Numbered from the whole stretch's first letter, positions 25,129 through 39,120 are shown. The stretch is DNA of 62,912 nucleotides, filler included, from Octopus bimaculoides (GCF_001194135.2; 5 parts of 4 records of this genome joined end to end with filler, not necessarily neighbours in it), one strand, 5' to 3'. Notes: a model not told the origin generated them from the sequence alone. A program made the numbers and translations.

Positions 25129-27634
25129 AGGGATGAACTCAAAGCGATGAAGTGATAGGGATGAGATGGTGAGTATCTTTCCCGGTCTGCTAAAACAGCT
25201 CACCGCCTTATATGCTTATGTAATATGGATATGTTACCTCATTCTTACTTTGGCGCAAATTGGTCTATTATGAAAAATGCCCTTAGTTTTCACTTTTGAG
25301 GAGTTTAAAATATTCTTCAGTGTCATATTTATGTATCCTATAAATTAAATATACACACGGTCTAAGAGGCTTTTCAATTTATGGCAGATATTCTGGGGTT
25401 TTTTCCGCCAAAGTCCAACGAAAATAATGGTAAATTAGTAAAGCCCACAGAAAGATAACAGCAGAACACTACACTATTTTTTTCCAATGATATTGTAGAA
25501 GGATAAATTAACGATTGTTGCTCTGAAACACTTTTATTTTTTTGCACCATATCTGATAAAAAACTATGTACTTAACTTCGAAAATGATGGTCAATTACTA
25601 TCAAGAACAATAAAATCGTTCAGCATATTTCGAATTTTGTTTGAAGTCAGACTTCAAGGATTCAAATAAACCGTTTTTCACCTGACCTACCTATGCTTTC
25701 ATAATGTGAAATAGGCAGGAATACATTATACAGGTGATAATTTTACCTGAATACGTTACTAGAGTAGGATCTTTCATCCAATTCAAAGACAGGGGTTATA
25801 ATTATTGAGACCATTGATATTTTAGTATCAAAACAAAAGGGAAGAGGAGAGAAGCAGGCTATAATAAATTAAATCAGCGTAACTGGTTGTTTAAACACTA
25901 CAATAATGTTACATAAAACTTAAACACATATGAGATATTAACAGTTTACGTTCCTCCAGGTTTAATTATGTCCAAGCATAGTCTATAAGTCTATATATGG
26001 TTAGGGACATAATATACAATATAGTGGATGAAATGCTTTAAACAATTAATCAAACAGAAGATTGATTATCCTCTCTCAGTAATTTAAAATCAAATCAAGC
26101 GTTTTTATTCTCATATGAAGAACAACCGGAAATATTTCTTACAAAAATCATCAAACATTCCACACAGAGCTGTTTCCAATGAATGCTTGTATTGAATGCA
26201 ACAGAAACAGGAAAAATATTTCGGGTTTATTAGATTATATTCCTCTTAGTTAACGAGAAGAAACGCTGTTAATGTTTAAATACATAAAACCATGGGCACC
26301 ATCTTTACGAAAGGGACAAAACAGAGCAATGTGCAATATTATAAACAAAAATACGTTATGGAATGATGGATGAGTGGTAGGCAAATTATATAATTAATGT
26401 AATATATTATCAATGAGATAATTTATATTTATCTTTATATAAGAGCGTAGCACCGAAAGCATATTTCCTTCAACGTCACATTGCATAAAGTATGATACAT
26501 GAAACCATCGCAGTCAAAGTTTCACCTGTGTAAACTAACTAGCGAAAGTGCAATAAATAACAAATAGCTCCATGATGACGTTTTGTTACTAATTAAGATT
26601 AGACACAAAAAAAAATAATATTTTGGAATATAGGCAAATTTTGATGATTAGTATTTCAAAATAGAATGAGATTGAGTGATTATCTTGGTATTCTGTATGA
26701 TTACAAATTCAGTAAAACATAAATTGCACTTTATTTAAATATATTTGGAGTAGTAAATAGCATCAGCATTAGCAAACACTATTCAAGATTATATTCACTG
26801 GAAATAAAATTATGCTGTTTCACATCTGGCATACACATAATATGAACATATATAACACATATAAGTGGTATCTGCCTCAGCTGATACGTTTTTCATGCAT
26901 GGAAACTATGTACGCACCGTACTTCGTATATCGAGGTGGACATTAAAAAACAAAAAAAAAAACATGCTTTACTTTGGTGACATTTAAGTGAAGAATTGTA
27001 TGTACGTAACTAAATTTAAAAAAATGTCTTCACTTCTTTCGCAAAAATCGTCCCACACGTCCACGAGAAAAACCTATTAGACAAAGAAATATTAATGAAA
27101 AAATGACACAAAAAAGTTCCAAGTCAGCAATTGGAGGTATATATTAGTCATATTTTGGGGAAAGAAAGTCTAAGATAATTGTGTTTCAATGACGTTTTAT
27201 GTTTGTTTATCTATTTATTAAGGCATAGCACATTTTGACATGATAAAGTTCGATTGTGGACGAGTTGCACTTTAGATTCAGACTGACATTGTACATGACT
27301 CTTTACAGGATGTATGTGTCCTTGTGTTTTTTATGTGTCCATATATATATATATATNNNNNNNNNNNNNNNNNNNNNNNNNNNNNNNNNNNNNNNNNNNN
27401 NNNNNNNNNNNNNNNNNNNNNNNNNNNNNNNNNNNNNNNNNNNNNNNNNNNNNNNNNNNNNNNNNNNNNNNNNNNNNNNNNNNNNNNNNNNNNNNNNNNN
27501 NNNNNNNNNNNNNNNNNNNNNNNNNNNNNNNNNNNNNNNNNNNNNNNNNNNNNNNNNNNNNNNNNNNNNNNNNNNNNNNNNNNNNNNNNNNNNNNNNNNN
27601 NNNNNNNNNNNNNNNNNNNNNNNNNNNNATATAA

Positions 27635-27674
<40 letters not shown>

Positions 27675-28681
27675 ATGTGTGTGTATGTGTGTGTGTGTGT
27701 GTGTATAACTAATTCAGCTATCAGTAGAAAGAAAGAAAGAGATAAAGAGATAAACGTATGTGAATATATACGTACATATATGTGTGTTTATGTGTGTATG
27801 TGTGTCTTTGTGTGTGCATGACTTTGATATTTGCGTGTAAGAATGTATGAATATGATAGTAGCTATAGATACGAGAATAATATGTTGAAGGAAACAAATA
27901 TAGTACATCAAAAACGTTGGTTTATTTCATGACTGGATTTTTCTATAATACAAAGAAGATTAGGTTTATGATTTATTGACAATATTTCAGCTTGAAGCTA
28001 GCCCAGTTTTCTAAACTTCTAACGATAATAAAGATATTTTCAAAGAATGGCAAAAGTTTTAAATGAATTCTCAAAGCTAAATATTCACTACTTGTCTTCG
28101 TTTGAGATTTCAAGCACACTAACATTTCAAAGATATGAGATCTCAAAAACATGACAACTGACTCTGGTTAATTCTTTCTCCCTTACATTTTCTTCTATTT
28201 TTTTATGAATATTGTTTAGTTAGGCTTCGTGACATTCAAGATTCTAGGGATGCTGGCATAGTTGCTGTTGTTGCGGCTATATTTTTATCATTTATATTTC
28301 CTCTCTTATTTTATGTTACTTAAAATTTTTCACGATATTCTTTCTAAAGATTCATTATATATATATATATTTTTTTTTTCGCTTGTATAGTTACTACAAC
28401 TATTCCATTACTACTCGTGGTGTACAGTTACTGTTATACATCGGTTTGGTCCCTAAAGGCCCGATAAAACAAAGAACATTATGTGTGATGGAGATGAAGC
28501 AGCCTAACATAGGTTCTCTTAACATGCGTAGTTTGTGGCATTCATGTTCTTGTAAGGTATATGTAGATATACGTACAACACTTTGTATATAATCCTGTAT
28601 CGTATTTCCGCTTTTGTTTTTCGGCTAGCACGACCCATATGCTTTTACAGTCCATTATACTATAAATCTTATCCACCAACT

Positions 28682-28729
28682 TTTGTTTTAGTCACATTCA
28701 TGACATTTGTTTTAGTCACATTCATGACA
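28682..28729. repeat. Perfect 24 bp tandem duplication
   Basis: tttgttttagtcacattcatgaca, two copies. Confidence 0.9.
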
Positions 28730-31027
28730 TTAGTTTCACTTGGACGCAAACTAATTCAATACAAACAAATAGTTGCTTTAAATAAGATTACAATTTATAT
28801 TGAAATATCTTTTGTCATACGTCAATACCAAAAATATAAATGTAATATTTAGATAGTTTTCATTTATACCGAAATCTGCATGAAATCATAGAGCAAAACT
28901 ATTTGATCTGAGGAAGATATATGAATCTCATTAAGCTGGCATTACTTTACAACGAAACACGTTTTGTTAAAAAGATGGGTTAATTTCCCATACTAATGTA
29001 ACTGAGTTACATAGTATTTGCTTATTGCAGCATTAACTTTATATGTCTTCAGCAATAAATAGATTGATGGATATACATTAACAATGTTGTATTTTTTTAT
29101 TAATTAAGACTAAGCATTAAATTTAACGAAAACTGACTGGATTGAAATAACTCACTGAATTTTGATTTTCGTTAGAATAAAAACGAAAAAGAACATGAAA
29201 ATTCTAGCTGGCGTCAACTTTCCATTTACGAATGTATATAGAGTTGTCCACCTTCATTTAATTGCAACTATATCTGGTTTATGAGAGGGCAAGTGGAAAA
29301 TATTAAGTAATGCATAAGGCGCTATCTGAAATATATAAAATCTACAATGAAATGGTAGACATATTACTTGGCTAATGCACAGTGCATACTTGAGGAAATT
29401 GCTTAAAGAAAAAGAAAATGGTTGTTGAAAGTGTACCTATGCATTGAAAATCTATCTATATCTATTTATACGTACATACACACAAACACTCACACACACA
29501 CATATGTAAACCTATTTAGAAATGCATACATATATACACACACCTATATATGCATGTGTGTATGTATGTATGTCTGTATGTATGTATATGCGTGCATACA
29601 TATACAAACATACATCTTTTATATCTACTGCACTCACATATATGCAGGTAGAGAGAGAGAAAGACAGGGTGGTTTAGATATGTATATATAGCTACATTCA
29701 GAATATTGAGTATATTTGTTATGATTATGGCGATGAAAAAACATATACTTATTTGTTTTTTTCTTTTTTTTTTACTAGTAAACATTGATAACGTTAGCAG
29801 AACAATGTTTGTCATGAAAATATATTGATAAACTTCTAAAATTTTACAAACGTCACTTTAATAACTGAATATTAGTCAACAGAATTTAAATTGATTATTC
29901 AAATCCGATAAACGTAGTAACGATTGTAATATAACTAGGTCGTAAAGCCAATCTATTTGCGTTTATATTTCACATCATAGAGAACCAACATTAAATGAAC
30001 AAAAATAATATACAAATGATAACAAAAACTATTCTAAAAAAATATTTTAAAAAATATTGCTTCCTCAGTTTGATGAATTGGTGATAGCGTAACATTTGCA
30101 CAAATTCTGAAGATAATAATTGTACTTAATGAATTTGAATTGAAGTGAAAGTCACTGCTACAGAAGCGGTTTTCACTGTTGTTTGGATAGCGGCAGAAGA
30201 TCAATTCATTTGAACTCTTTTAACATTGCAGACAGATTTATTGATTTTTTTTATTATATAATGTTTTATAAATTCTTTTTTATGTTGTTGATTTGAGTTG
30301 CCTTCTTATTTCTGTGTGTATTGTGATTTGAGAAATTTGCATTTCTGGTAATTTAAGTTATTTCTCAAATGGCGAAACCTAACATGAAATAGAAATGGAA
30401 CGGGGAAGAGGTTGAATATTAATTGATAGCAGATGTTGTCGAGGTTGCCGATTTAGTATGATAATTATTTAGATTCTATGCAATACTGAAAGCAAAAAAG
30501 GATATTTCATTAAGAATATGTTGTATATGTTTTCTTTTTTTTTTTTGCTGTCTTTTCAAATGTGTATGTATACATGTTTGCGTGAACGAGACTGGGGCAA
30601 CGATAAAAATAAAAATAATATAACGTAATGAAATGCTCATGTTTAATTAATGATCTTTTCTGAGTAGTGATATGAAGATCCTCTTGGAAAATTTCATCAT
30701 GCAGCAATACTTTTGTCTGAATTCAAATAAAAATCGAAAATTACAGATTTAGTCTTGAAACGTTTTTAAAAACTGACCAATATTTTATACTTCTTCAAAT
30801 CTAAGAATATACATCATATCTTCATAAAAACCTACAATGCCATAAGGTTCACCATCTTCAAAGAATGCGGTAATGTTTTTCCTTGTCCTCTTGAAACAGG
30901 GAAATATCTGTGAAATTATCTGTGTTTTCCCCACACTGCACTATAATATATAACTTTTAAACTATTTAATTAGTTGCTGTCGACAATAAATCGCATTATT
31001 TCAAGTTTTATCGTTTTATAATAATCC

Positions 31028-31265
31028 AGGTAAGGTGGCGAGCTAGCCGAATTGTTAGCACACCAGGCGAAATGCTTAGCGGTATTTCGTCTGGCGTTAC
31101 GTTCTGAGTTCAAATTCCGCCGAGGTCGACTTTGCCTTTCATTCTTTCGGGGTCGATAAATTAAGTACCAGTTACGCACTGGGGTTGATGTAATCGACTT
31201 AATCCGTTCGTCTGTTCTTGTTTGTTCCCTCTAACGTTTAGCCCGTTGTGGGCAATAACGAAATA
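31028..31265 (+). mobile_element. Near-complete tRNA-derived CORE-like SINE (octopus OR-like)
   Basis: tRNA-like head, then gagttcaaattccgccgaggtcgactttgcctttcattctttcggggtcgataaattaagtaccagtt, then the 3' tail ..ttagcccgttgtgggcaataacgaaata. The family name is from memory. Confidence 0.85.
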
Positions 31266-31267
31266 TG

Positions 31268-31435
31268 TATTTCGTCTGCAGCTAAATTCTGATTTCAAAT
31301 TCCGCCGATGTCTACTTTGCTTTTCTTCCTATCGAGGTCGATGAAATAAGTACCACTTACACACTGGTGTCGATATAATCGACTGTCCTTTCCCCCAAAT
31401 TTTCAGGTCTTGTGCTTACAACACAAAGGATTATA
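31268..31435 (+). mobile_element. Second, 5'-truncated SINE directly in tandem
   Basis: tatttcgtctgc..aaattccgccgatgtc..gaggtcgatgaaataagtacc, with a different 3' end (cccccaaattttcaggtcttgtgc). Confidence 0.75.
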
Positions 31436-34400
31436 ATAATGCAGCTAGCTTACACACGTTCAATATATTTGCTATCGTGGGCGTCATGAAACATATTCCG
31501 TCTTTAATACAACCCTTAGAAAATGAAATTGTGTGCAGTCTAATAAGAATTTATAATTCTGGGAGGAGAACTGCATGATGTCATTCCAATTACTATAACT
31601 AAAGTATTCAGATACGTCTCCTAAAATCACAAGAGCAGATTGACTTCTTAAGAAATTCTAATGTAATATGAGAATATGCAGTTGAACTAAGTTGAGCCAG
31701 ATATAAACATGCAGGAAACATTCATGACATGTAGTGTTAAATAGAATATATATTGAATATATACTACATACGCACGCGGACACTCACAGTTACATACATA
31801 CATACGCACACACATATATGAATGCATATGGACATATATATCTATACGNNNNNNNNNNNNNNNNNNNNNNNNNNNNNNNNNNNNNNNNNNNNNNNNNNNN
31901 NNNNNNNNNNNNNNNNNNNNNNNNNNNNNNNNNNNNNNNNNNNNNNNNNNNNNNNNNNNNNNNNNNNNNNNNNNNNNNNNNNNNNNNNNNNNNNNNNNNN
32001 NNNNNNNNNNNNNNNNNNNNNNNNNNNNNNNNNNNNNNNNNNNNNNNNNNNNNNNNNNNNNNNNNNNNNNNNNNNNNNNNNNNNNNNNNNNNNNNNNNNN
32101 NNNNNNNNNNNNNNNNNNNNNNNNNNNNNNNNNNNNNNNNNNNNNNNNNNNNNNNNNNNNNNNNNNNNNNNNNNNNNNNNNNNNNNNNNNNNNNNNNNNN
32201 NNNNNNNNNNNNNNNNNNNNNNNNNNNNNNNNTATACATATATATGAAGACAACAGAAGTTTGGGGATTTTACAACACCTGTGTCAGACGTGTTTTTCCT
32301 GGTGAACATAACTGTTACATTATAAAAAAATAATGAACGTTTTTAACAGGTTACAATTAACAATTAGAACTCCTCAAGCAAAAGAACATAGGGTAAGATG
32401 ACTCAGCCGACACAAATTTAGTAAGAAGTATTTGGGCTGGTTGTGTGATCAGGCAGTTTGTTCTTTTTCTTGAAAAGTTCTAATTGTTAATTACTATCTG
32501 TATTCACATGTTCATGCATAAGAGACTCAAACAGCTGTAGCGAACTGCAATTCTATTGTTGTTCTTATTTCTTTTTCACCTTATTCGGAACCGACAATAC
32601 ATTTGGATCTGGTGTCTGTAGTCGATGGTGTAATTGGTGCAGTGAGTGTACCCATGGATGTTTCTGATTACCCGATGGGATTTCCTTCAGCCCCTTATGA
32701 ATATATGCGTAACTAGATGAAGAAGTCTATATTTGCTTTAGTGAGTACGCATATGTCATTATACAATATTAGTACGAGTCGGGCTTTCACCATTACCATC
32801 TTGGTGATTTATGGATTTACATCCCAGTAGAGGTTTGCCATTTCTGTATCCACTTTGTAATGTACGTTTTATAATTGATATACGCCATATATTCAGGCAT
32901 ATAACACAAATTTTCTGTACATAATGATGTATTACGAATGAGAGACTCACCTATTGAGGCTGTATTACGAATGAGAGACTAAATCTTGTTGACCACGAAG
33001 ATGGGTGACAAAAGGTTATTCGATAAATCGATTGTTAATGATTATAAATAGATGTTATCATCATTACTGTATAAGAAGTGCAGGAACAGAGACGGAAATT
33101 TCATTGCTTACATATATTTTTCATTTCCGACATTAGGGATTTCGCAAAATACATGGAGCTCCTTCGATGGAGAGACCTATATTTATTACATCTTCATATG
33201 TATACCGGATGAAATGACATGGAATCATCATTTTCAGTCATCAAATCGAACAATACATAAATACACAATGTTTTGTACTTAGAACGGATTAATTGATCAG
33301 ATGAGAAATCATGATGTATTTTTCGTTGCTCTGCTTCCACTGTTAAGCCGATCTAGGAAGCGCAAGCATATTTTAATTTTAAATAAAATTTATCTAAATG
33401 TTTACTAATTACTTGTACTAGTCATAACAACTCATGAATGTACCAATGCGAAGGAAATATAAGTTGAATAGTTGTTGATTGACGGATTTCAATAGCAATT
33501 TCATTGCAAACTCAGAACTAGGCAGTTAATAAGACGTTTAAATAATTAAAAAAAAAATAGAATGAATTCTAACAAATAAGCTCATGACATAATTACGTTT
33601 CGTATACACAAATACCAGTGGATGTTGTACGGCAAATCAGATGAAAGTATTTTTCAATAAATGAAATACTGGAAAACTTACTAAAGTATCTTAACAAAAT
33701 CCTTGGCGGTATATGGAACAATGCCATTAAGGATATAAATGCATTATAACGAATACTAGAAAGACACCCTGGAAAGAGTCGTCAACTTTCTTTGAAATAA
33801 TATGTGGCAAAGAAATCGGCTTAGAATTATATTCTTCCTTAAGGAAGACATCAAACATCTTTTCGATTTCAAGTGGTTTTATTCACGTTTCTCTTTCGGG
33901 TTTTGTGCGTAAATGTTCCAAATGTCTGCTAACAAAATATTGAATAAAATATTTCCATTTTTTTAATCTTAATTTTGTCAGTATAGAAATGTTACTATTT
34001 GGATATAAGCGTATGCCTTTTATATGTGCGTGAACGAAAGACACACGTAGAGACTGAGATAAAGAAAAATGAAGTGTGTAGGTCTATCTACCTGTGTATA
34101 TGTGTGCATGTATATATATATATATATATAATAAAGTAAAGTTGTGGAATACCGTACGAGTGGAAATATATATGAAAGAAAGTTTGAAAATGCACTTATT
34201 TTTAAAAAATATTTATTTNNNNNNNNNNATATATATATATGTATATATAAGCAGGCTGAAATTAAATTGCATCATGTATATGACACGCTTGACATTTTGA
34301 TTTGCCTTTGGTAGCATTCTTTAGTAATTAACTCGTAGTGTTTATAACTGATAATTAATTGTCACTATACCTTTTCCATGCTTGAATTTTAAGTTTTTCA

Positions 34401-35339
34401 TGATGATAAATGAATAAAGTGTATCTGCGTATATCATCGCCGCATTTATTTCATTTCAATTTTATGCAGATACATATATTCTCTATGCTTTAATATATAG
34501 AATCAACTTTGGAGTAGTTAACGCTATATTTATGTATCATTATAAAATATATTTACACTCGCAATACACTTGATTGGCCTTTATTATTCCTATGAAGAAA
34601 TTATCTTGAAATTATCATCAAGTTCATTAGGTCATACTGAGGCGCACACTGCATACTATTAGAAGGTGAAATATCTCAGATTTGGGGTATAAGAATTGAA
34701 TATATTCCTCATAAACTATTCAAGCAAACACATACATACAGGACTCGACTTCTTGTCATAGCTCACGCAAAATAAAAAAAAAGAAAATCAAAATTTATTA
34801 ACGAAGAAATTTATTGACAACATATGTACTAAACTCTGGTTACTTAAATTCCCCCTGTTGTAATCCGATAGATTATTATGTGTGTATGTGTGTGTGCGTG
34901 GGGGGGGGCATTTGAGAAAAACACCGGCCGTTCTGCCTGTAATACTAAGACCGCGCCGCTTGTGTCAGTGCACTTGACACTTATTAACTAGGAAATTTGA
35001 TTACATTTTTCATTATACCATTCTGGTGTATGCAGTTATGGTGTCTAATCCTGTAATCACTATTTCTTGTCTTGTAGTTTTCTTACGCAAGTGTAAGGCG
35101 AATACTAAAGATTAAGCAGGAACATATTGAAGAACGCATGCTCCTCTTATATTTTCCCTCGTAATGTTTATCTTCGTTGATGGTTTAATTTAACATGATT
35201 ATGGTCAGTCTAGAGTTATATTGGGCTGGAAATAGCCAAGCATTTTGAAGTAGTGCCCGGTGTGGTTACCATGTCCAAAAGAACGAAACAAACATGGAAG
35301 ATTGTATCTTGTATAAAAATTAAGTGACAATTGCATGTC

Positions 35340-35535
35340 AAATTTAGCCTCAACGGGGTAAATGCTCAGCGTCATTTCATCTGTCTTTACGTTCTGAGTT
35401 CAAATCCTGTAGAAGTTTGTTTGACATGTCATCATTTCCATTTCGATAATATATGTACTAGTTGAGTACTGGGATTGATACAATCGTCTGGCACACTTCA
35501 ACTAAATTGCTGGCTTCATGCCAAAAATTAAAACT
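35340..35535 (+). mobile_element. Diverged SINE
   Basis: aaatgctcagcg..ttacgttctgagttcaaatcc..gttgagtactggg..aaattgctggc. Confidence 0.65.
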
Positions 35536-36539
35536 AATATCTATTCCCGATCATCAAGCTGAAATTGGGTCACATTAGCTTTGCCATTTATTCCTTATAA
35601 ACACCGTAGTTATGTAATGGATATATTTATGTTTATATGGTCCCCACCACAACATTCCTGCCTTTCGTCTTATGTATGGAATTAATTTTATACGTCTTAA
35701 ATACCGATGTTCGTCTTACATACCGATGCATGTACAAAATATAAGTTTTTAAATTCAAACATGGCCAGCGAAAAATATTGTATTCATGAAACTAGGAAAA
35801 AGGTAAATACCTGTCTACTAAGCACCAGTTCATTATTCAGTCAACTATTCAGGTCATTTTACCATCGCTCTTACTAAATATGTGGACTTATGTCAGAACA
35901 GATCATTAGAAACGGATGAACATTACCAGAAATTGTATTTTCCTTGCGTTGGAAAGAAGACATGAGATTTATTGCACAAGCGATCTTAAAATCGTCAGTT
36001 TCTTTCGTTGTTCAAATGTAATATCTTTATATATATATCTTCGATCTGTTATATGTGATGAAGAATTAATTGTCCTGCATCTTAGCTACGGGAGTAATTT
36101 TATATGTGTTGGGGTTTTTGTCTGAATTTTAGATGAAATACGTTTTGCCTTGATCAATGTCACTCCCTTATTTTGATATAACTACACATGACATTTATGC
36201 ACCGAGGCTTTTTAATTACATTTTTCATTGTACTGTTCTGACGTTTACTGTTATATCGCCTAATCCAGCTATAAATGTTTCTCGTTTTTGTAGTTTACTA
36301 CAGTCAGTACGGCACGAAGACAACATTAACGACTTCTTACAGCCAATATAGAGATAGCACCAGGTGATGGTCACTATATGTATGCATCTGCGTGTCTGTG
36401 CACATGTGCGTGTGAATGAATATGTATGTACGTATGCGTATTGTGCATCGGGGTGGGGTGATTTTCACAATAATAATCGTGTGCGCTTGTTCTAGTTCAC
36501 TTCATTTTGTTACTGCTGCTGTTATTATTGTTGTATTTG

Positions 36540-36670
36540 TTGTAGCTTTATTGTTGTTATTATTATCATTATCATCAACATCAACAACACCATAATCATC
36601 ATGATCATGATGATGATGATGATCGCCATCATCATCATCATCATTATCATCATCATCATCATCATCATCG

Positions 36671-36735
<65 letters not shown>
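36540..36735. repeat. (ATC)n/(ATG)n/(ATT)n trinucleotide array
   Basis: Directly visible. Confidence 0.95.
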
Positions 36736-37309
36736 TCGTTCCACACCGAACCATATTTTTTCCTACAAAATGCCGGAGATAGTACCAATCCATGCACTTA
36801 TATTAATACTTATATTAATTTTCATGTGTGTAAATTGTTTCACGGTTTGTACATCAGTTCAGTGTTATAGAACCAAATTTATCAGACATTTTTCTTCAGA
36901 ATCTTTTTTTTATATATAATCCCTGAGTGAAGTTCAATTCTATGCCAGATTTCCAATTTCATTTACTTTTCATTGTGTGCAGTTCAAATCGGGATTTTTA
37001 GCATTGTTCCACTGCGTGAGATCCGGATCCGCCTCGCCAGTAAGATGTCTCTCTCCATGACGACGTATTTCGTCGTCTGCGTGACTCGCCCAAACAGCGT
37101 ACTTCGCTGACAGTATTTCTTTATTTAGCACATACGCCATGATACAGAGGCGGACGGCACAAGGACAGACATAACACCACAGTGGAGACAAAGAACGTAA
37201 CGTGATTGAATGAAGGATAAATAATAATTAATGAGAATGTAATGGTTGCTTGAACCTCACTCTTAGGCAGTACCATTTAACTGTTTCATTAAAAAGTTTT
37301 TTATATCAT

Positions 37310-38850
37310 TTCTTCTCTTCTTTTCTTTTTTTTTCTTTTTTGCATCGTATGCGTAGTCTCATTTAACAAAATTGTAAAAGCTTACTAAAGCTTTACCAGT
37401 TCATATATTGCTTCAAACCTTCATAATCTACTACAGGCGGTAGGTCGTGGAGCACTATCGCCACTCTCAATGGGTCTATGTTGGTTCCAAACCATTATTT
37501 CAATTTTCCATGCCTCTCTTGGTCTATTACTGTTTAAATCTCCGCTGGTAATTTTACTCTAATTACCAACTTGAATTTGGTTATTTTCCTTTCTATCGCC
37601 GTATGTTTATATATGTTAATATACCATTTATTTTTCCTGGGTGTTTAACTGTTTGTTTCTGCGGTGAACTTGGATTGTCTAGGTAGGTTTCCGTTTTGTT
37701 TCCTATTGCTGGTGATTCTGGTGGAGATGTGTACCACATAATCTCTGCAATGTCCATTTCATTCTTCTTTTTTTTTTGGACTCTTCGGAGGTGAGTTCAC
37801 CAGTTCTTTTCTTTTCTCCTCGTCACCTCCGTAAATATTTCTTCTGGTTCCTCCGTGCTTTTCTCACTTACTAGGACCGTCATTTCGGCACTCTGCTCCT
37901 GATGCCTCTCCTCATTTTTTTATGTCTCTCTATAGGCACCTTATTCTCATGTGTCCCTTCTCTCTGCATTGGTTACAGGTTGCTGGTTTTCCTTCCAACA
38001 CCACTCTCAACTATATGGCCTCCAGTAGAATCACCTGTACAGCGATTTCAAATCATTTTGTCCTTTCTGAATGACAATTTCTAAGCCATATTCCCAAAAA
38101 ATTACCTTCTTTGTCCTTGTCACCTTTAAGATTTTGGCATCCTCTTCGGTTTTATGCATTACGGCTGCCACCAGCCACGTTACTTTGATTTCCGGGGATA
38201 ATCTGCCTATTATCACTCTGGTGACCCTTTTGCCGCAGTCGATTGATTTAGTGCCTCCTGTTCATTGGCAAACCTCACCTCTTCTGTGCCGTATGTTCTA
38301 CCTCTCGTGTAGAATGTTGTCAGGTTATCTATCTCTTTAAGACGTTCTTCTATCGCTTCTACTGTGGCTATTTCGATTGTCTTAGTTGCTGTAGACAGTG
38401 TTCTACAAACCACTGTTCGTTGTAGCGGTTGTCACTTCATCTGGCAGAGTTAGTCTGAAACTGGGTCCCTCCTCCTGAATTATCCTGTTATACTTTTTCA
38501 GCTTCTTCTGTTCAATTTTGACTTCTCGTACTTCTAGTGTATCTGTATGTGTACCTTTTCCAGCCGCTGAAGCATAACTCGCAGTGTGTGCTGGAACTGA
38601 TTTCAAACCATTTCTCTTCTTTCCCTTCGCTGCAAAATGGAGAAGAAGACAAACTAAAAAATTACAAGCCCACAGGCAAAAACAGGAACGGTATTTACCA
38701 AATTCGAGAATTTAAATTATAGGTTCACTTCGCACGCGGAGAACCTTTAACAAATATACAACAAAACATGACACAAGTTACGTCCACCAGAATCGGAAAT
38801 GATTTAACACCAACCAAAATACCTCGCTGACTAACACTATTTACTGCTTG
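37310..38850 (-). mobile_element. gag/ORF1-only retroelement-like unit, decayed
   Basis: A broken ORF runs from about 38611 to a stop at 37393-95. It reads SYASAAG..TLEVREV at the N-terminus, IIGRLSPEIKVTWL (possibly RRM-like), VLEGKPATCNQCREKGHMRIRC (CCHC knuckle, 37977-37936) and FTEVTRRK. An A-rich tract follows about 50 nt after the stop. No endonuclease or RT motifs are seen. Confidence 0.7.
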
Positions 38851-38934
38851 CGTACATTATTTATTAGGAGTAAACCAGCTCACTTCTCATCTGGGGACGT
38901 CCGCCACAACATTATTGTTATTAATATTTTCATT

Positions 38935-39019
38935 ATTGTTCTTGTTGCTATTGTTGTTGTTGTAGTAGTAGTAGTGATGCTGGTGGTGGTGGTAGTAGCA
39001 GTAGTAGTAGTAGTAGTAT

Positions 39020-39066
<47 letters not shown>

Positions 39067-39067
39067 A

Positions 39068-39104
<37 letters not shown>

Positions 39105-39120
39105 CGCAGTAGTAGTATAT
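38935..39120. repeat. (TAG)n/(TTG)n trinucleotide array
   Basis: Directly visible. Confidence 0.95.

Noticed and set aside
28490-28545. KQPNIGSLNMRSL resembling the start of a LINE apurinic endonuclease
   Set aside because: The match is only about 9 residues with no continuing endonuclease motifs.
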